From: Chitinophagaceae bacterium
GTDB taxonomy: Bacteria; Bacteroidota; Bacteroidia; Chitinophagales; UBA10324
Assembly: GCA_947469485.1 (NCBI GenBank)
Contig: CANIPU010000011.1
Span: 4,935 to 68,934, forward strand
DNA length: 64,000 bases
Direction: 5' to 3'
A model generated the notes under the pieces. It made no database searches and was not told the origin of the DNA. It was given only the letters and a program-made list of their open reading frames with translations. This document shows, one piece after another, positions 27,222 to 37,095 of this stretch (the first letter of the stretch is position 1; the number at the start of each line of letters is the position of its first letter). Position numbers and translations under genes: made by a program.

Positions 27222-27821
27222 CTACCCTGCCTCGGCAACCACTTCTGTCACTTCAGGAATCATTCTTTTTAATAGCCCTTCAATTCCGGCTTTCAAAGTA
27301 ATAGTTGAGGATGGGCAACCACTGCAACTTCCTTGTAAAACAAGGGCAACCCGGCCTTCATTATAAGATTTAAATTGTATAGCTCCCCCGTCCATTTCAA
27401 CTGCAGGTTTTATATATGTTTCAAGCATTTCCTTAATCTTCGATACAATTTCAATATCTGATGAGGCTACTGTTTCAGATTTTTTTTCGGCAGATGGAGT
27501 TGGTTTAAATCCATTTACAAAAATCGGTTTCCCTTCATCAAAATATTGTTTAATAAAATCTTTTAATGAAGTATTAATGTCCATCCACTCTGTATTCGAA
27601 TCTTTTGTAATAGTGACAAAATTGTTCATGAAGAAAACTCCCTTCACGAACGGGAATGAAAATAACTCTATAGCAAGCGGAGAGACTTTTGCTGATTCAA
27701 TATCCTTGAACTCAATATAATTGTCAAGCACTAAAATTTTATCGGTTACAAATTTCATTGTCTCCGGATTCGGAGTCATTTCTGTATAAACATTTGTAGG
27801 TATCAATTGCAAGGTTTCCAT
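27222..27821 (-). CDS. Nfu/NifU-like iron-sulfur cluster protein (Nfu_N + NifU C-terminal domain)
   Basis: The N-terminus TPNPETMKFV is Nfu_N-like; the C-terminus carries GSCSGCPSS. Confidence 0.85.
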   Translation of the reverse strand: METLQLIPTNVYTEMTPNPETMKFVTDKILVLDNYIEFKDIESAKVSPLAIELFSFPFVKGVFFMNNFVTITKDSNTEWMDINTSLKDFIKQYFDEGKPIFVNGFKPTPSAEKKSETVASSDIEIVSKIKEMLETYIKPAVEMDGGAIQFKSYNEGRVALVLQGSCSGCPSSTITLKAGIEGLLKRMIPEVTEVVAEAG

Positions 27822-27840
27822 AATTCAGATTTTAAAACGA

Positions 27841-27848
27841 CAAAAATA
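27841..27848 (-). promoter_or_regulatory. Putative -7 box (TATTTTTG on the minus strand) for the nifU-like gene
   Basis: CAAAAATA on the plus strand, 19 nt upstream of the ATG at 27821. Confidence 0.5.
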
Positions 27849-27911
27849 GAACAACATTACTGTTGATTAGATTCCATTTAACATTAACTCTTTTATTTCA
27901 TTTTTGTTCAG

Positions 27912-28991
27912 ATGAAAAACATCACAAATAAAATTAAAGAATCAACAATGGCCAGTAAGATGGGGTTACCTCCCGGACGGCTGGTTTATATTGGAAAGGA
28001 AAACACAAGCCCTGTTCGTATAACGGTTATTGATTATGATTCTGACAACTATAATGAGCGAGAGATTAAAGATTTAAAAGACTGTTTCGCTTTTAAAGAA
28101 ACCGAAACAGTAACCTGGATTAATATTGATGGCATTCATCATACTGATGTGGTAGATAAAATCGGAACTGGTTTTAATATTCACCCTTTATTTCTGGAAG
28201 ATATAGTAAACTCACAGCAACGACCAAAAGTTGAAGAAGGAAAAGGTTATAATTTCATTGTTTTTAAAATGCTTGACTATAACAACACAAATAAAACTGT
28301 AGAAGTAGAACAGCTTTCTTTGATTGTTGGTAGAAATTTCCTGATATCTTTTCAGGAGAATATAGGAGATATTTTTGATTCAGTTCGAAATCGTGTTCGA
28401 AATCCTGATTCACGCATCCGCAAATACGGAACAGATTACCTCGCCTATGCTTTAATGGATAAAGTGATTGACAATTATTTCGTTATTATGGAAAAAATGG
28501 GGGAGCGCGTAGAAGAAATTGAAGACAATGCTTTTACTAAACAAGACACGAAATTTATTCGCGAAATCAGCCACCTCCGTCGGGAGTTAGTGTTGCTTCG
28601 TAAAACCATTTGGCCGTTGCGCGAAGTGATTAATACATTATTGCGTGGCGAAGTGAAAGAAATTAAACCGGAAACATTACTGTTTTACCGCGATCTATAC
28701 GACCATACAGTTCAGGTTATAGACTCCATTGAATCGCATCGCGATACTTTAGCAAGTGTTCTTGATGTAAATTTTTCGGTTCAAAGTTTTAAGATGAATG
28801 ATGTGATGAAAGTGCTCACTATCATATCTACTATTTTTATTCCCCTCACTTTTATTGTTGGTATTTATGGAATGAATTTCGACACCCTACCTGAATTACA
28901 TTGGAAATATGGCTATCAACTAATCATGGTGATAATGGCAGGAATTGCAGCCGGGATGGTCTATTATTTCAGAAAGAAAAAGTGGCTTTAA
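27912..28991 (+). CDS. corA: Magnesium/cobalt transporter CorA
   Basis: YGMNF (GMN signature) before the last TM, and two C-terminal TMs. The alternative start at 27948 (MASKMGLPPG) is equally plausible. Confidence 0.9.
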   Translation: MKNITNKIKESTMASKMGLPPGRLVYIGKENTSPVRITVIDYDSDNYNEREIKDLKDCFAFKETETVTWINIDGIHHTDVVDKIGTGFNIHPLFLEDIVNSQQRPKVEEGKGYNFIVFKMLDYNNTNKTVEVEQLSLIVGRNFLISFQENIGDIFDSVRNRVRNPDSRIRKYGTDYLAYALMDKVIDNYFVIMEKMGERVEEIEDNAFTKQDTKFIREISHLRRELVLLRKTIWPLREVINTLLRGEVKEIKPETLLFYRDLYDHTVQVIDSIESHRDTLASVLDVNFSVQSFKMNDVMKVLTIISTIFIPLTFIVGIYGMNFDTLPELHWKYGYQLIMVIMAGIAAGMVYYFRKKKWL

Positions 28992-28994
28992 TAA

Positions 28995-29480
28995 CTATTC
29001 AATTACATCATTCAAAATATTCCAAACCAATTCAGCTTCGTAACCTTTGGTCATTAAGAACTGAGCCAGCTTTCCTTTTTTCTGAAAATCATTCAACTCT
29101 TTTACTGAGGCAAGTTTTTTCTGAATTAGTTTTTTTATTGTGTTATGATAATCTTTTTCATCAATTTCTTTCAACCCGGTTGCAATATTTTTTTCTGAAA
29201 CACCTTTGACCTGTAACTGTTGCGAGATTTTATTTTTCCCCCATTGCTTCATTCTGAATTTTCCGCCGGCATACGCTTTTGCATATCGCTCCTCACTTAA
29301 AAATCCTTCGCCAATTAATTCTGTTATTATTAATTGAATATCGTTGTATCGAACCTCGTAGGAAAACAGTTTTTCTTTGATTTCATTGTGATTGCGCTCC
29401 TGCAAAGCACACCATCTGCGGGCTTTTACCAACCCCTCCGCATAATTTAATGGCGCTTTCTTTTTCTTTTCTTTCATCAA
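28995..29480 (-). CDS. recX: RecX family regulatory protein
   Basis: 161 aa helical-repeat protein. CALQERNHNEIKEKL...GFLSEERYAKAYAGGKFRMKQWGKNKI...L..KGV. Confidence 0.7.
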   Translation of the reverse strand: MMKEKKKKAPLNYAEGLVKARRWCALQERNHNEIKEKLFSYEVRYNDIQLIITELIGEGFLSEERYAKAYAGGKFRMKQWGKNKISQQLQVKGVSEKNIATGLKEIDEKDYHNTIKKLIQKKLASVKELNDFQKKGKLAQFLMTKGYEAELVWNILNDVIE

Positions 29481-29508
29481 GTGTATATCCTATGAAATTA
29501 AATGCACT

Positions 29509-29922
29509 TCAAACAGTTGCGATGCACTTCAACTCAATAGCAATTGGCGTGGGTAAAGATTTTATTTCAACTGTTGTGCGGCATGGTTGATTATCTTTAA
29601 AATATTCCGCATAAATTTTATTGTAAGTTTCAAAATCATCTTTCATGTTGGTAAGAAAAACTGTTACATCAATCAGCTTATCCCAGCTGCTTCCGCTTTC
29701 TTCTAAAACTGTTCGCACATTTTTGAAAACAGAATGACACTGCAATTCAATACTGTAATTAATTAATTTGCCCGTTGAATCATATACATTTCCCGGAATA
29801 CTATTAGTGCCAGCTTCACGCGAACCAATTCCGGAGAGAAACAAAAGATTTCCAACCCTGCGCGAATGCGGATACAAGCCAACCGCCTTCGGTGCTTTAT
29901 CTGTAGAAAATTTTTCTGACAT
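29509..29922 (-). CDS. RidA/YjgF family deaminase (context suggests 2-aminomuconate deaminase)
   Basis: 137 aa. APKAVGLYPH..RVGNLLFLSG, and the typical RidA C-terminus RTTVE...LP....IE. Confidence 0.85.
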   Translation of the reverse strand: MSEKFSTDKAPKAVGLYPHSRRVGNLLFLSGIGSREAGTNSIPGNVYDSTGKLINYSIELQCHSVFKNVRTVLEESGSSWDKLIDVTVFLTNMKDDFETYNKIYAEYFKDNQPCRTTVEIKSLPTPIAIELKCIATV

Positions 29923-29933
29923 GATTTTTTAAA

Positions 29934-31373
29934 TTAAAGTTTAATGCAAACATTTTTTGGTTCAGTGAAGAAACGCATCGCTTCATTTCCACCTTCTCTT
30001 CCAACTCCTGAATTTTTCATTCCACCAAATGGAGTTCTTAAATCGCGGAACAACCAGCAATTAACCCAGATTATTCCGCTCTGAACTTTTGCGGCAAAAC
30101 GATGTGCTCGGGTCAGATTTTCTGTCCAGATGGTGGCCGACAATCCATATGAAGAATCATTTGCCAATTGCAATGCTTCTTCTTCAGTATCGAATGGTTG
30201 CAGAGTAACAACCGGTCCGAAAATTTCTTCCTGATTCGTTCTGCAATTTTGTTTCAATCCTTCAATGATGGTTGGTTGAATGAACAAACCATTCTTGCAT
30301 CTTCCATCCAATTTCACTTGTTCACCTCCGAATAAAATTTTCCCTCCTTCCTCTTTCGCGAGATTGATGTGGTATATAATTTTTTCAAAATGAACTTTCG
30401 AAACAATAGCACCAAGCCTAACTCCTTTTTCATTCGGGTCGCCGACTTTCAACTTTGCAGTTTCTTCAACAAAACGAGTTTTAAATTTTTCATAAATGCT
30501 CCGCTCAATCAGAATGCGCGAACCACACAAACAAATTTCTCCCTGATTGCTGAATGAAGAATTAATGGTGGTGTGAATCATTTTTTCAAAATCGCAATCT
30601 GCGAAAATGATGTTCGGATTTTTCCCACCTAACTCGAGTGAAACTTTTTTAAACATCGGCGCGGTCACACTCGCAATTTCTTTTCCGGCGCGCGTGCTTC
30701 CGGTAAACGATATCGCTTTAACTTTAGGGTGCTTCACAATTTCTGCTCCGCATCGTGGTCCGTTGCCATGAACAATATTTAAAACCCCGTCAGGCAATCC
30801 GGCTTCAATACAAATCTTCGATAACTCAAAAGCGGTGAGCGGAGTTATCTCCGATGGTTTTGCAATCACACAATTTCCGGCGGCAAGTGCAGGCGCAATT
30901 TTCCAGGAGAATAAATACAGAGGAAGATTCCAGGGAGAAATGCAACCGACAATTCCGATTGGTTGGCGCGTGGTGTAATTAACCGCAGTGTTTTCGGTGA
31001 TGTGTGAATCCGTAGAGAACTGCATAGCAGCCGTTGCGAAAAATCTGAAATTGCTTGATGCTCTTGGTATGTCAACAACTGATGCAAGCTTTATCGGCTT
31101 GCCGTTATCACGACTTTCTGCTTCTGAAAGAAAATCGAGTTTACTGTCAATGATATCTGCAATGCGCAATAAAATTTTTGCTCGCTCTTCAGCAGGAGTA
31201 TTACTCCAGTTTTCAAAAGCATTTTCAGCAGCAACAACAGCGAGTTCCACATCACGCAAATCACTATCGGCTATCTGCGAATAAATTTCTCCGGTTGCAG
31301 GTTCGTAATTGTCAATCCACGAATTGCCAACAGGTTCTTTAAGTTCTCCGTTTATGTAGTTTAAAATTTTCAT
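29934..31373 (-). CDS. NAD-dependent aldehyde dehydrogenase, 2-aminomuconate / 2-hydroxymuconate semialdehyde dehydrogenase-like
   Basis: 479 aa. ELGGKNP, catalytic GEICLCGSR, and the DIPRASSNFRFFA string I associate with the HMSD/AMSD subgroup. Confidence 0.88.
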   Translation of the reverse strand: MKILNYINGELKEPVGNSWIDNYEPATGEIYSQIADSDLRDVELAVVAAENAFENWSNTPAEERAKILLRIADIIDSKLDFLSEAESRDNGKPIKLASVVDIPRASSNFRFFATAAMQFSTDSHITENTAVNYTTRQPIGIVGCISPWNLPLYLFSWKIAPALAAGNCVIAKPSEITPLTAFELSKICIEAGLPDGVLNIVHGNGPRCGAEIVKHPKVKAISFTGSTRAGKEIASVTAPMFKKVSLELGGKNPNIIFADCDFEKMIHTTINSSFSNQGEICLCGSRILIERSIYEKFKTRFVEETAKLKVGDPNEKGVRLGAIVSKVHFEKIIYHINLAKEEGGKILFGGEQVKLDGRCKNGLFIQPTIIEGLKQNCRTNQEEIFGPVVTLQPFDTEEEALQLANDSSYGLSATIWTENLTRAHRFAAKVQSGIIWVNCWLFRDLRTPFGGMKNSGVGREGGNEAMRFFTEPKNVCIKL

Positions 31374-31385
31374 TTCAAAATCGTT

Positions 31386-32177
31386 TTATAATGACCCGGT
31401 TCTTCCACCATCAACCGGAATATTAATTCCAGTGATGTATGAAGCAGCAGGAGAAGCAAGAAAAGCTGCAGCAGCAGCAACTTCCGCCGGAACAGCAAAC
31501 CGCGCCATCGGAATTTCGGCTAACATTTCTTCTTCAATTTTTTCTGAATCCACCTTTAAATTGTTTGCGCGGTTGCGGATTATTTCTTCGAGCCGTTCGG
31601 TTTTAGTGGCGCCGGGCAAAATATTATTTACAGTAATTCCGAAAGGTGCTAATTCATTTGATAAAGTTTTCGACCAATTGGCAACTGCGGCACGAATGGT
31701 ATTTGATACCCCCAATCCTTTAATGGGGATTTTTACAGAAGTAGAAATCACATTTACAATTCTACCGTAACCTGATTGCTTCATCCCCGGGATCAACGCC
31801 ATCGCCAAAATGTGATTGCACAATAAATGATTCTGAAACGCACTGATAAACTGTTCTTCCTTAGCATCAGAGATATTTCCAGCTGGTGGTCCGCCGGTAT
31901 TATTTATCAGAACATGGTATGAATAGTTTTTCAGATGGTACTGAATTATTTCTTTCAACTCTGCCGGCTTACTGAAATCGCACAGCAAAATATTATGTTC
32001 CTGACCTGCATCGGTATTCAATTCTTTTTTGGTGGCAATCAGTTTGTCTTCATTGCGCGCAACAAGTGTAACAGTTGCTCCGAGTTCAGATAATGCAATC
32101 GCAATTGCTTTCCCGATTCCCTTACTACTTCCACAGACAAGCGCATTCTTTCCTTTCAACGAAAAATCCATATTCAA
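31386..32177 (-). CDS. Short-chain dehydrogenase/reductase (SDR)
   Basis: 263 aa. GSSKGIGKAIA glycine motif, NNTGG, and SDR length. Confidence 0.9.
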   Translation of the reverse strand: MNMDFSLKGKNALVCGSSKGIGKAIAIALSELGATVTLVARNEDKLIATKKELNTDAGQEHNILLCDFSKPAELKEIIQYHLKNYSYHVLINNTGGPPAGNISDAKEEQFISAFQNHLLCNHILAMALIPGMKQSGYGRIVNVISTSVKIPIKGLGVSNTIRAAVANWSKTLSNELAPFGITVNNILPGATKTERLEEIIRNRANNLKVDSEKIEEEMLAEIPMARFAVPAEVAAAAAFLASPAASYITGINIPVDGGRTGSL

Positions 32178-32248
32178 AATTTCTTGTGGCGAAGTTGATA
32201 GTTTTTCGTCAGAACCAAATAGATTCGTACCAAGAAAATTTTTTCCTT

Positions 32249-32773
32249 ATGTCCATTCAAAGAGCTTTCAATTTTAAAAAGTGGATTGATGATAACCGCC
32301 ACTTACTGAAACCACCCGTTGGAAACAAGGTTGTTTACAAAGATGCTGACTTCATTATTATGGTAGTTGGAGGACCCAATTCGCGTAAGGATTATCATTT
32401 CAACGAAGGCGAAGAATTCTTTTACCAGCTCGAGGGAAATATTGTAGTCGGCATTCAGGAAGATGGAAAGGCAGTTGACATTCCAATTAACGAGGGAGAA
32501 ATTTTTATGCTGCCGCCACGCACTCCGCATCAGCCACGCCGTAGAGCTAATACAGTTGGTTTAGTGATTGAACACAAAAAACATCATGGCGAAAAAGACG
32601 GGCTTCTTTGGTTTTGCGAAAAATGTAACAACAAACTTTTCGAAGAATATTTTGGACTGAATGACATTGAAAAGGATTTTGGTGGAGTATTCGATAAATT
32701 TTATGGAAGTGTTGATTTGCGAACCTGCAAAAAATGTGGCCATGTAATGGAGCCTCCCATGAAACTGGCTTAA
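32249..32773 (+). CDS. 3-hydroxyanthranilate 3,4-dioxygenase
   Basis: Cupin with DYHFNEGEEFFYQLEG and PPRTPHQPRR (His/Glu/His Fe site) plus C-terminal CEKC...CKKC (rubredoxin-like site). ATG at 32249; the track's upstream extension overlaps the SDR gene. Confidence 0.9.
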   Translation: MSIQRAFNFKKWIDDNRHLLKPPVGNKVVYKDADFIIMVVGGPNSRKDYHFNEGEEFFYQLEGNIVVGIQEDGKAVDIPINEGEIFMLPPRTPHQPRRRANTVGLVIEHKKHHGEKDGLLWFCEKCNNKLFEEYFGLNDIEKDFGGVFDKFYGSVDLRTCKKCGHVMEPPMKLA

Positions 32774-32862
32774 CATCAAGAAATTCACTGGTTTGTAAAA
32801 TTTTATAGGGCTCATGCAACGAAGAGCTTTATTTCGTTGTCTATAGTCCTGAATTACTGAAA

Positions 32863-33480
32863 GTGTATTTTATAAAGACCCCTACTCTCCTTAAATCATT
32901 ATTTCCTCAACAGGTTTGGAATATTCCCGTAGCTGAAAAGTCAGCTTTTCTCACTTTTGATGATGGGCCAACTCCCGGTATTACTGAATGGGTGCTGGAT
33001 ACATTACAAAAATTTGAAGCAAAAGCCACTTTCTTTTTAGTTGGAAAAAATGCTGTAAATCATCCTGAGATTGTTGCGCGGATTTTAGCAGAAGGTCATT
33101 CAATCGGCAATCACACTTTTACTCATTTGAATGGATGGAGAACAACTTTGCCTTCTTACACAAAGAGTGCATTAAAATGCGGTGAAACTGTGCCAAGTAA
33201 TTTATTTCGTCCGCCTTATGGTCGCATTACCCGTGCACAAGCTCGCCGTTTAGGTAATCGATTCCGGATTATTATGTGGGATGTGTTAAGTGGCGATTTT
33301 GATACTGAATTACCAAAAGAAAAAGTTGTTAAGAATGTTTTGAATAATACCGAACCTGGTTCAATCATCGTTTTTCACGATAGCGTTAAAGCTGAACCAC
33401 GATTAAAATATGCATTACCGCGCGTATTAAATTTTCTTAAGGATGAAGGATACAACTTTAATCCGATAGAAATGAAGTAA
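32863..33480 (+). CDS. Polysaccharide deacetylase (NodB homology domain)
   Basis: FLTFDDGP, GNHTFTH and RPPYG motifs. GTG start. Confidence 0.85.
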   Translation: MYFIKTPTLLKSLFPQQVWNIPVAEKSAFLTFDDGPTPGITEWVLDTLQKFEAKATFFLVGKNAVNHPEIVARILAEGHSIGNHTFTHLNGWRTTLPSYTKSALKCGETVPSNLFRPPYGRITRAQARRLGNRFRIIMWDVLSGDFDTELPKEKVVKNVLNNTEPGSIIVFHDSVKAEPRLKYALPRVLNFLKDEGYNFNPIEMK

Positions 33481-33482
33481 GC

Positions 33483-36353
33483 TTATTGCTTAATTATTTT
33501 ACTGTTGAGGTTTCCTTCATTAGATTGTATTTGCAACAGATAAGTTCCAGCGGAATAAGCTGATAAGTCCAATTCAGTATTCAATGAGGTTGATTCAACA
33601 ATTGTTTTCCTAAACAATTCTTTTCCCAACACATCACTCACAACAAAAACAGTTTTTCCTTCTGATGAAAAACCATTGCTCACCATAATTCTATCATTGG
33701 TTGGGTTAGGATAAATTTCCCAATCAGTAGCAATACTGTTGCCATTATCCTCAAGTTTTGAAATTGTTGCTGTTGTAAAATATTGGCTAGTACTAAAGGA
33801 AGAAAAATCAATTGCAGCCGAATCACAAACACTCTTTATTCGCCATTGATAAGTAGTATTTGGTAAAAGATTATTAAAAGTAAATTGATTTGAACCAGGT
33901 GTAATATTTATCTGACTCCAGGTTCCCCCCCAAATGGCATATCGAATTTTGTAATTATATGGATTTCCTGTACCTGTCCAGTTTACAGTTGCTGAATTTG
34001 AAGAAATATTTGCAACACTCATGCCTGATGGAACTGAACAGGTATTTGTTGTTGTGAAATAAACAGATGAAGAATAAGATGAAGAATCAGTCTTACTGCT
34101 ATTACAATAACTCATTGCTTGTACTTCATAAGTTTTCCCAGGCAATAAATTATTGAATGATTTTGAACCTAATGTCCCGTTAATTTCTACATACTTCCAA
34201 ATTGATTCAGTAGTTGCTTTTCTTCTCAGCTTAATGAATGAAGCACATGCATTAGTATTCCAGTTAATAACTGCAGAAGAAGAATTAACATTACCTACTG
34301 ACATTCCTGACAGACCATTGCACGAAGGAGCAGCAACAGCTAATGTTTTTATCGCTGAGCATCCAAGTGAATTTGTAACAGAAACGGAATAATTTCCGGA
34401 TACAATGTTTTGTAAATCTTCAATTGTATTTCCATTTGACCATAGGTAAGACAATGTTTGGCCTGATGGAGTTACTGTTAAATCAATTAATCCATCACTA
34501 GATGATGGACAAGAAGTAGCTGTTGAAGTTGCAGAAATTACTGGTGTTGTTTTTACTGTCAGGATTTTTGTTGCAGAAGAAACACATCCATTGTTGCTTC
34601 CTGTTATGGTATAAGTGGTATTTGTGTTTGGAGAAGCCGTTACACTTGTTCCGGTTGAAGAACTTAGGGTTGCCGAAGGTGACCATGAATAGGTAATTGC
34701 TCCGCTTGCAGTTAATACTGTATTGGTTCCTTTACAAATTGAAGTTGCTCCGCTAACACTTACAACCGGCACAGAATTAACAAACACAAAAACAGTTTGG
34801 CTTTTTGTACACCCGCTTGTATTTCCTAATACGGTATAAGCTTGATTTGAAGACGGTGAAGCAATTACGCTTGCACCAATAGTCGCATTTAACCCTATCG
34901 ATGGAGACCATGAATAAGTTGTAGCACCGCTTGCAATTAAATTGGCAGATGCCCCTGCACATATAGTAGCGTTTGCAGAAACAGAAACATTTGGTTGTGC
35001 ATTAACCGTAATAGGTTGTGTTGCTGATGATCCGTTGTATGTATAGGTTATTGAATGAATTCCGGCTCCGGCTTGTAAAGGATAAAAATATCCGCTAGTT
35101 ACTCCCGGGCCACTATAAATTCCACCTGTTGGATTTCCTCCTGTCAATAAAAATTCTGTCGTGTTTGAACAAGTAGGGTTAAAAGGATTAAGCGTAACTG
35201 TTGTACCAGTTTTTGTTATGGTCCAGACAGCTGTGTATTGTGCCATTTGCTTTTTCGACAAACTGCTTGTGTCACTAACAGTTAAAATAAGTGTATGTGT
35301 TCCGGTTGAAAGAGTAGTTCCGTCAACAGTATAAGAAGTTGTATTTACTCCTCCGATATTATTATCCATTTTCCATGTTATGAATAATGAATTTGGTGTG
35401 GGTACAACTACGCTTGTACTAAAAATTTGCGATTGCCCATTTGACAAAGTTAGTGTTGAGCTTGAAGGCGAAGTCGACTCAATCAAATTAATTCCATTAG
35501 AAATGCAATAAATAATTTCCTGTGAACACACTTCGCAAAATGGGTTGTTTAATTGATTCATTTTGCAATTGCACTTTGGTCGGTACCAAGTAGTGTTACA
35601 ATAATTTGCTCCCTGATACAATCCGATTGAAGAACAATTTGTACCTGCAGGGGTTGGAATAGCAATTCCATTCGGAAACCAATTTTTCCATTTAACTAAA
35701 GTTGAATTTGTTTCTTGGGTACAATTAGGCTTTTCAGTTCCGCTACAGTATGATCCTCCATATTCGTCGCCAAGAGCTGCAAATGAATGCCCCAATTCGT
35801 GAATCATGATTTCTGAACTGTTAGATTCTACAGAGCAGGTAGGATAGGTGCCGCCTGAACCTCCATAGTATTGTGAGTTAACTACAATTAATGCTTTATC
35901 ATAAAAAGGTGCATACGATTGAAGTATACTATTGATATTGGTTGTATTTGTGCAATACAATAAACGATGTGTCCCTCCATAATCGAATTGAGCTCCGAGT
36001 GTTGTATTAACAGTAGCATCCGGTACTATAGGATTTGCAAAATTACAATCACCAGCAGTGTGCGCATGATCGCAACCGCTTTCAACCGAAACAACTTTAA
36101 TAGCATACACATTAAAAAAATTTGTGTAGCGATTAAAAGGTGGGGTGATAAATAATTTATTGACTATTGTATTTACATCAGAAATAAACTGTGCCTGCTG
36201 AGCAGATGTATATCCATCGCCCATGAAAACCAGGTTTATCCTGTTGTTTTTATTTCCATTGTTAATCAGAGTATCAACTCCAACCACAACCTGAGCTGAA
36301 GTGCTTTTTAAAAAAAATCCTTGAATCAACAAGGCGAACAACCAATATTTCAT
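33483..36353 (-). CDS. M64-like zinc metallopeptidase fused to Ig-like (YSWSP) repeats, a SprB-like repeat, two FN3-like domains and a type A T9SS CTD
   Basis: HELGH at 35787-35801 followed by AALGDEY. NRINLVFMGDGYT is M64-like. CTD YPNPTNDRIMV...GTYLLQIQ. ATG at 36353 (MKYWLFALL...) is preferred to the track's TTG at 36377. Confidence 0.85.
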   Translation of the reverse strand: MKYWLFALLIQGFFLKSTSAQVVVGVDTLINNGNKNNRINLVFMGDGYTSAQQAQFISDVNTIVNKLFITPPFNRYTNFFNVYAIKVVSVESGCDHAHTAGDCNFANPIVPDATVNTTLGAQFDYGGTHRLLYCTNTTNINSILQSYAPFYDKALIVVNSQYYGGSGGTYPTCSVESNSSEIMIHELGHSFAALGDEYGGSYCSGTEKPNCTQETNSTLVKWKNWFPNGIAIPTPAGTNCSSIGLYQGANYCNTTWYRPKCNCKMNQLNNPFCEVCSQEIIYCISNGINLIESTSPSSSTLTLSNGQSQIFSTSVVVPTPNSLFITWKMDNNIGGVNTTSYTVDGTTLSTGTHTLILTVSDTSSLSKKQMAQYTAVWTITKTGTTVTLNPFNPTCSNTTEFLLTGGNPTGGIYSGPGVTSGYFYPLQAGAGIHSITYTYNGSSATQPITVNAQPNVSVSANATICAGASANLIASGATTYSWSPSIGLNATIGASVIASPSSNQAYTVLGNTSGCTKSQTVFVFVNSVPVVSVSGATSICKGTNTVLTASGAITYSWSPSATLSSSTGTSVTASPNTNTTYTITGSNNGCVSSATKILTVKTTPVISATSTATSCPSSSDGLIDLTVTPSGQTLSYLWSNGNTIEDLQNIVSGNYSVSVTNSLGCSAIKTLAVAAPSCNGLSGMSVGNVNSSSAVINWNTNACASFIKLRRKATTESIWKYVEINGTLGSKSFNNLLPGKTYEVQAMSYCNSSKTDSSSYSSSVYFTTTNTCSVPSGMSVANISSNSATVNWTGTGNPYNYKIRYAIWGGTWSQINITPGSNQFTFNNLLPNTTYQWRIKSVCDSAAIDFSSFSTSQYFTTATISKLEDNGNSIATDWEIYPNPTNDRIMVSNGFSSEGKTVFVVSDVLGKELFRKTIVESTSLNTELDLSAYSAGTYLLQIQSNEGNLNSKIIKQ

Positions 36354-36428
36354 ATCAAAAAATTTATTATTAAACAACTTATGAAACAGTAAAACGGAAT
36401 GTTTTAGAACACTTCCTTAAAAATTTAA

Positions 36429-36908
36429 TTATCTCAAAACAAAAGTGGCAAGCAATGAAAGGTTTCTATGATCATTAAGCTGATACAACTCAACTCTTTG
36501 AGCAGTGATATTATATGGTAACCTTACATTAAAATCTGCTTCCTGTTTTATTATTTCTGCAGATTCAATGTGGCCATCTTGTGCCGGTATTTCCAGATGT
36601 TCAGTTAAAGGTGAAGCAATATTTTGTTGTGAAATGATTTCACCTGCTGAATTTTTAAGAATTACGAGTACTCCTGTTTCTCCGGTTTGCTTAAAAGTTA
36701 CAAATTCCTTAGTGCGATAAGGAACCACCTCAAAGTCTTTCAATTCTACTTCATTCTTTCCGGTTGAAATTTCTTTCAAATGAAAATTTAACGAGATTGA
36801 TTTTTCACCTTTAACAGTAAGGTTATTTAATTCCTGCGAAAAAGAATTTTCGTTACTGAATAATAAAACAAGTAAGGAAAATGCTGCGGATCGTAAAATT
36901 ATACGCAT
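36429..36908 (-). CDS. Hypothetical secreted protein upstream of the M64 gene
   Basis: 159 aa. Signal peptide MRIILRSAAFSLLVLLFSNENSFSQ. Same strand as the peptidase gene and 75 nt upstream of its ATG at 36353. No family recognised. Confidence 0.6.
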   Translation of the reverse strand: MRIILRSAAFSLLVLLFSNENSFSQELNNLTVKGEKSISLNFHLKEISTGKNEVELKDFEVVPYRTKEFVTFKQTGETGVLVILKNSAGEIISQQNIASPLTEHLEIPAQDGHIESAEIIKQEADFNVRLPYNITAQRVELYQLNDHRNLSLLATFVLR

Positions 36909-37095
36909 GAGTCTGTAAAAATTTCACTCCCCTACGATTCTATTTTGAGATGGTTGCAAAGAAAGTTGTCTTTTGGAACGAGACAGGGTATTAAAAACAA
37001 AACAGACTGGCTAACAAACTTTAATTTCAATTTTCCGTTAAGTTTGACATTGAAACAGTTGAATTGGTTTTCTTATCTGTTTTAAGAACATAGTT

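Noticed and set aside
29502-29532. Direct repeat ATGCACTTCAA x2, 20 nt apart, across the RidA stop codon
   Set aside because: It is a short 11-nt repeat, one copy is coding, and it is not associated with any other structure. It is likely a chance or local slippage duplication.
32075-32248. N-terminal 58-aa extension of the dioxygenase ORF in the track
   Set aside because: The extension overlaps the divergent SDR gene start. It does not resemble the family, and the conserved protein begins at the ATG at 32249.
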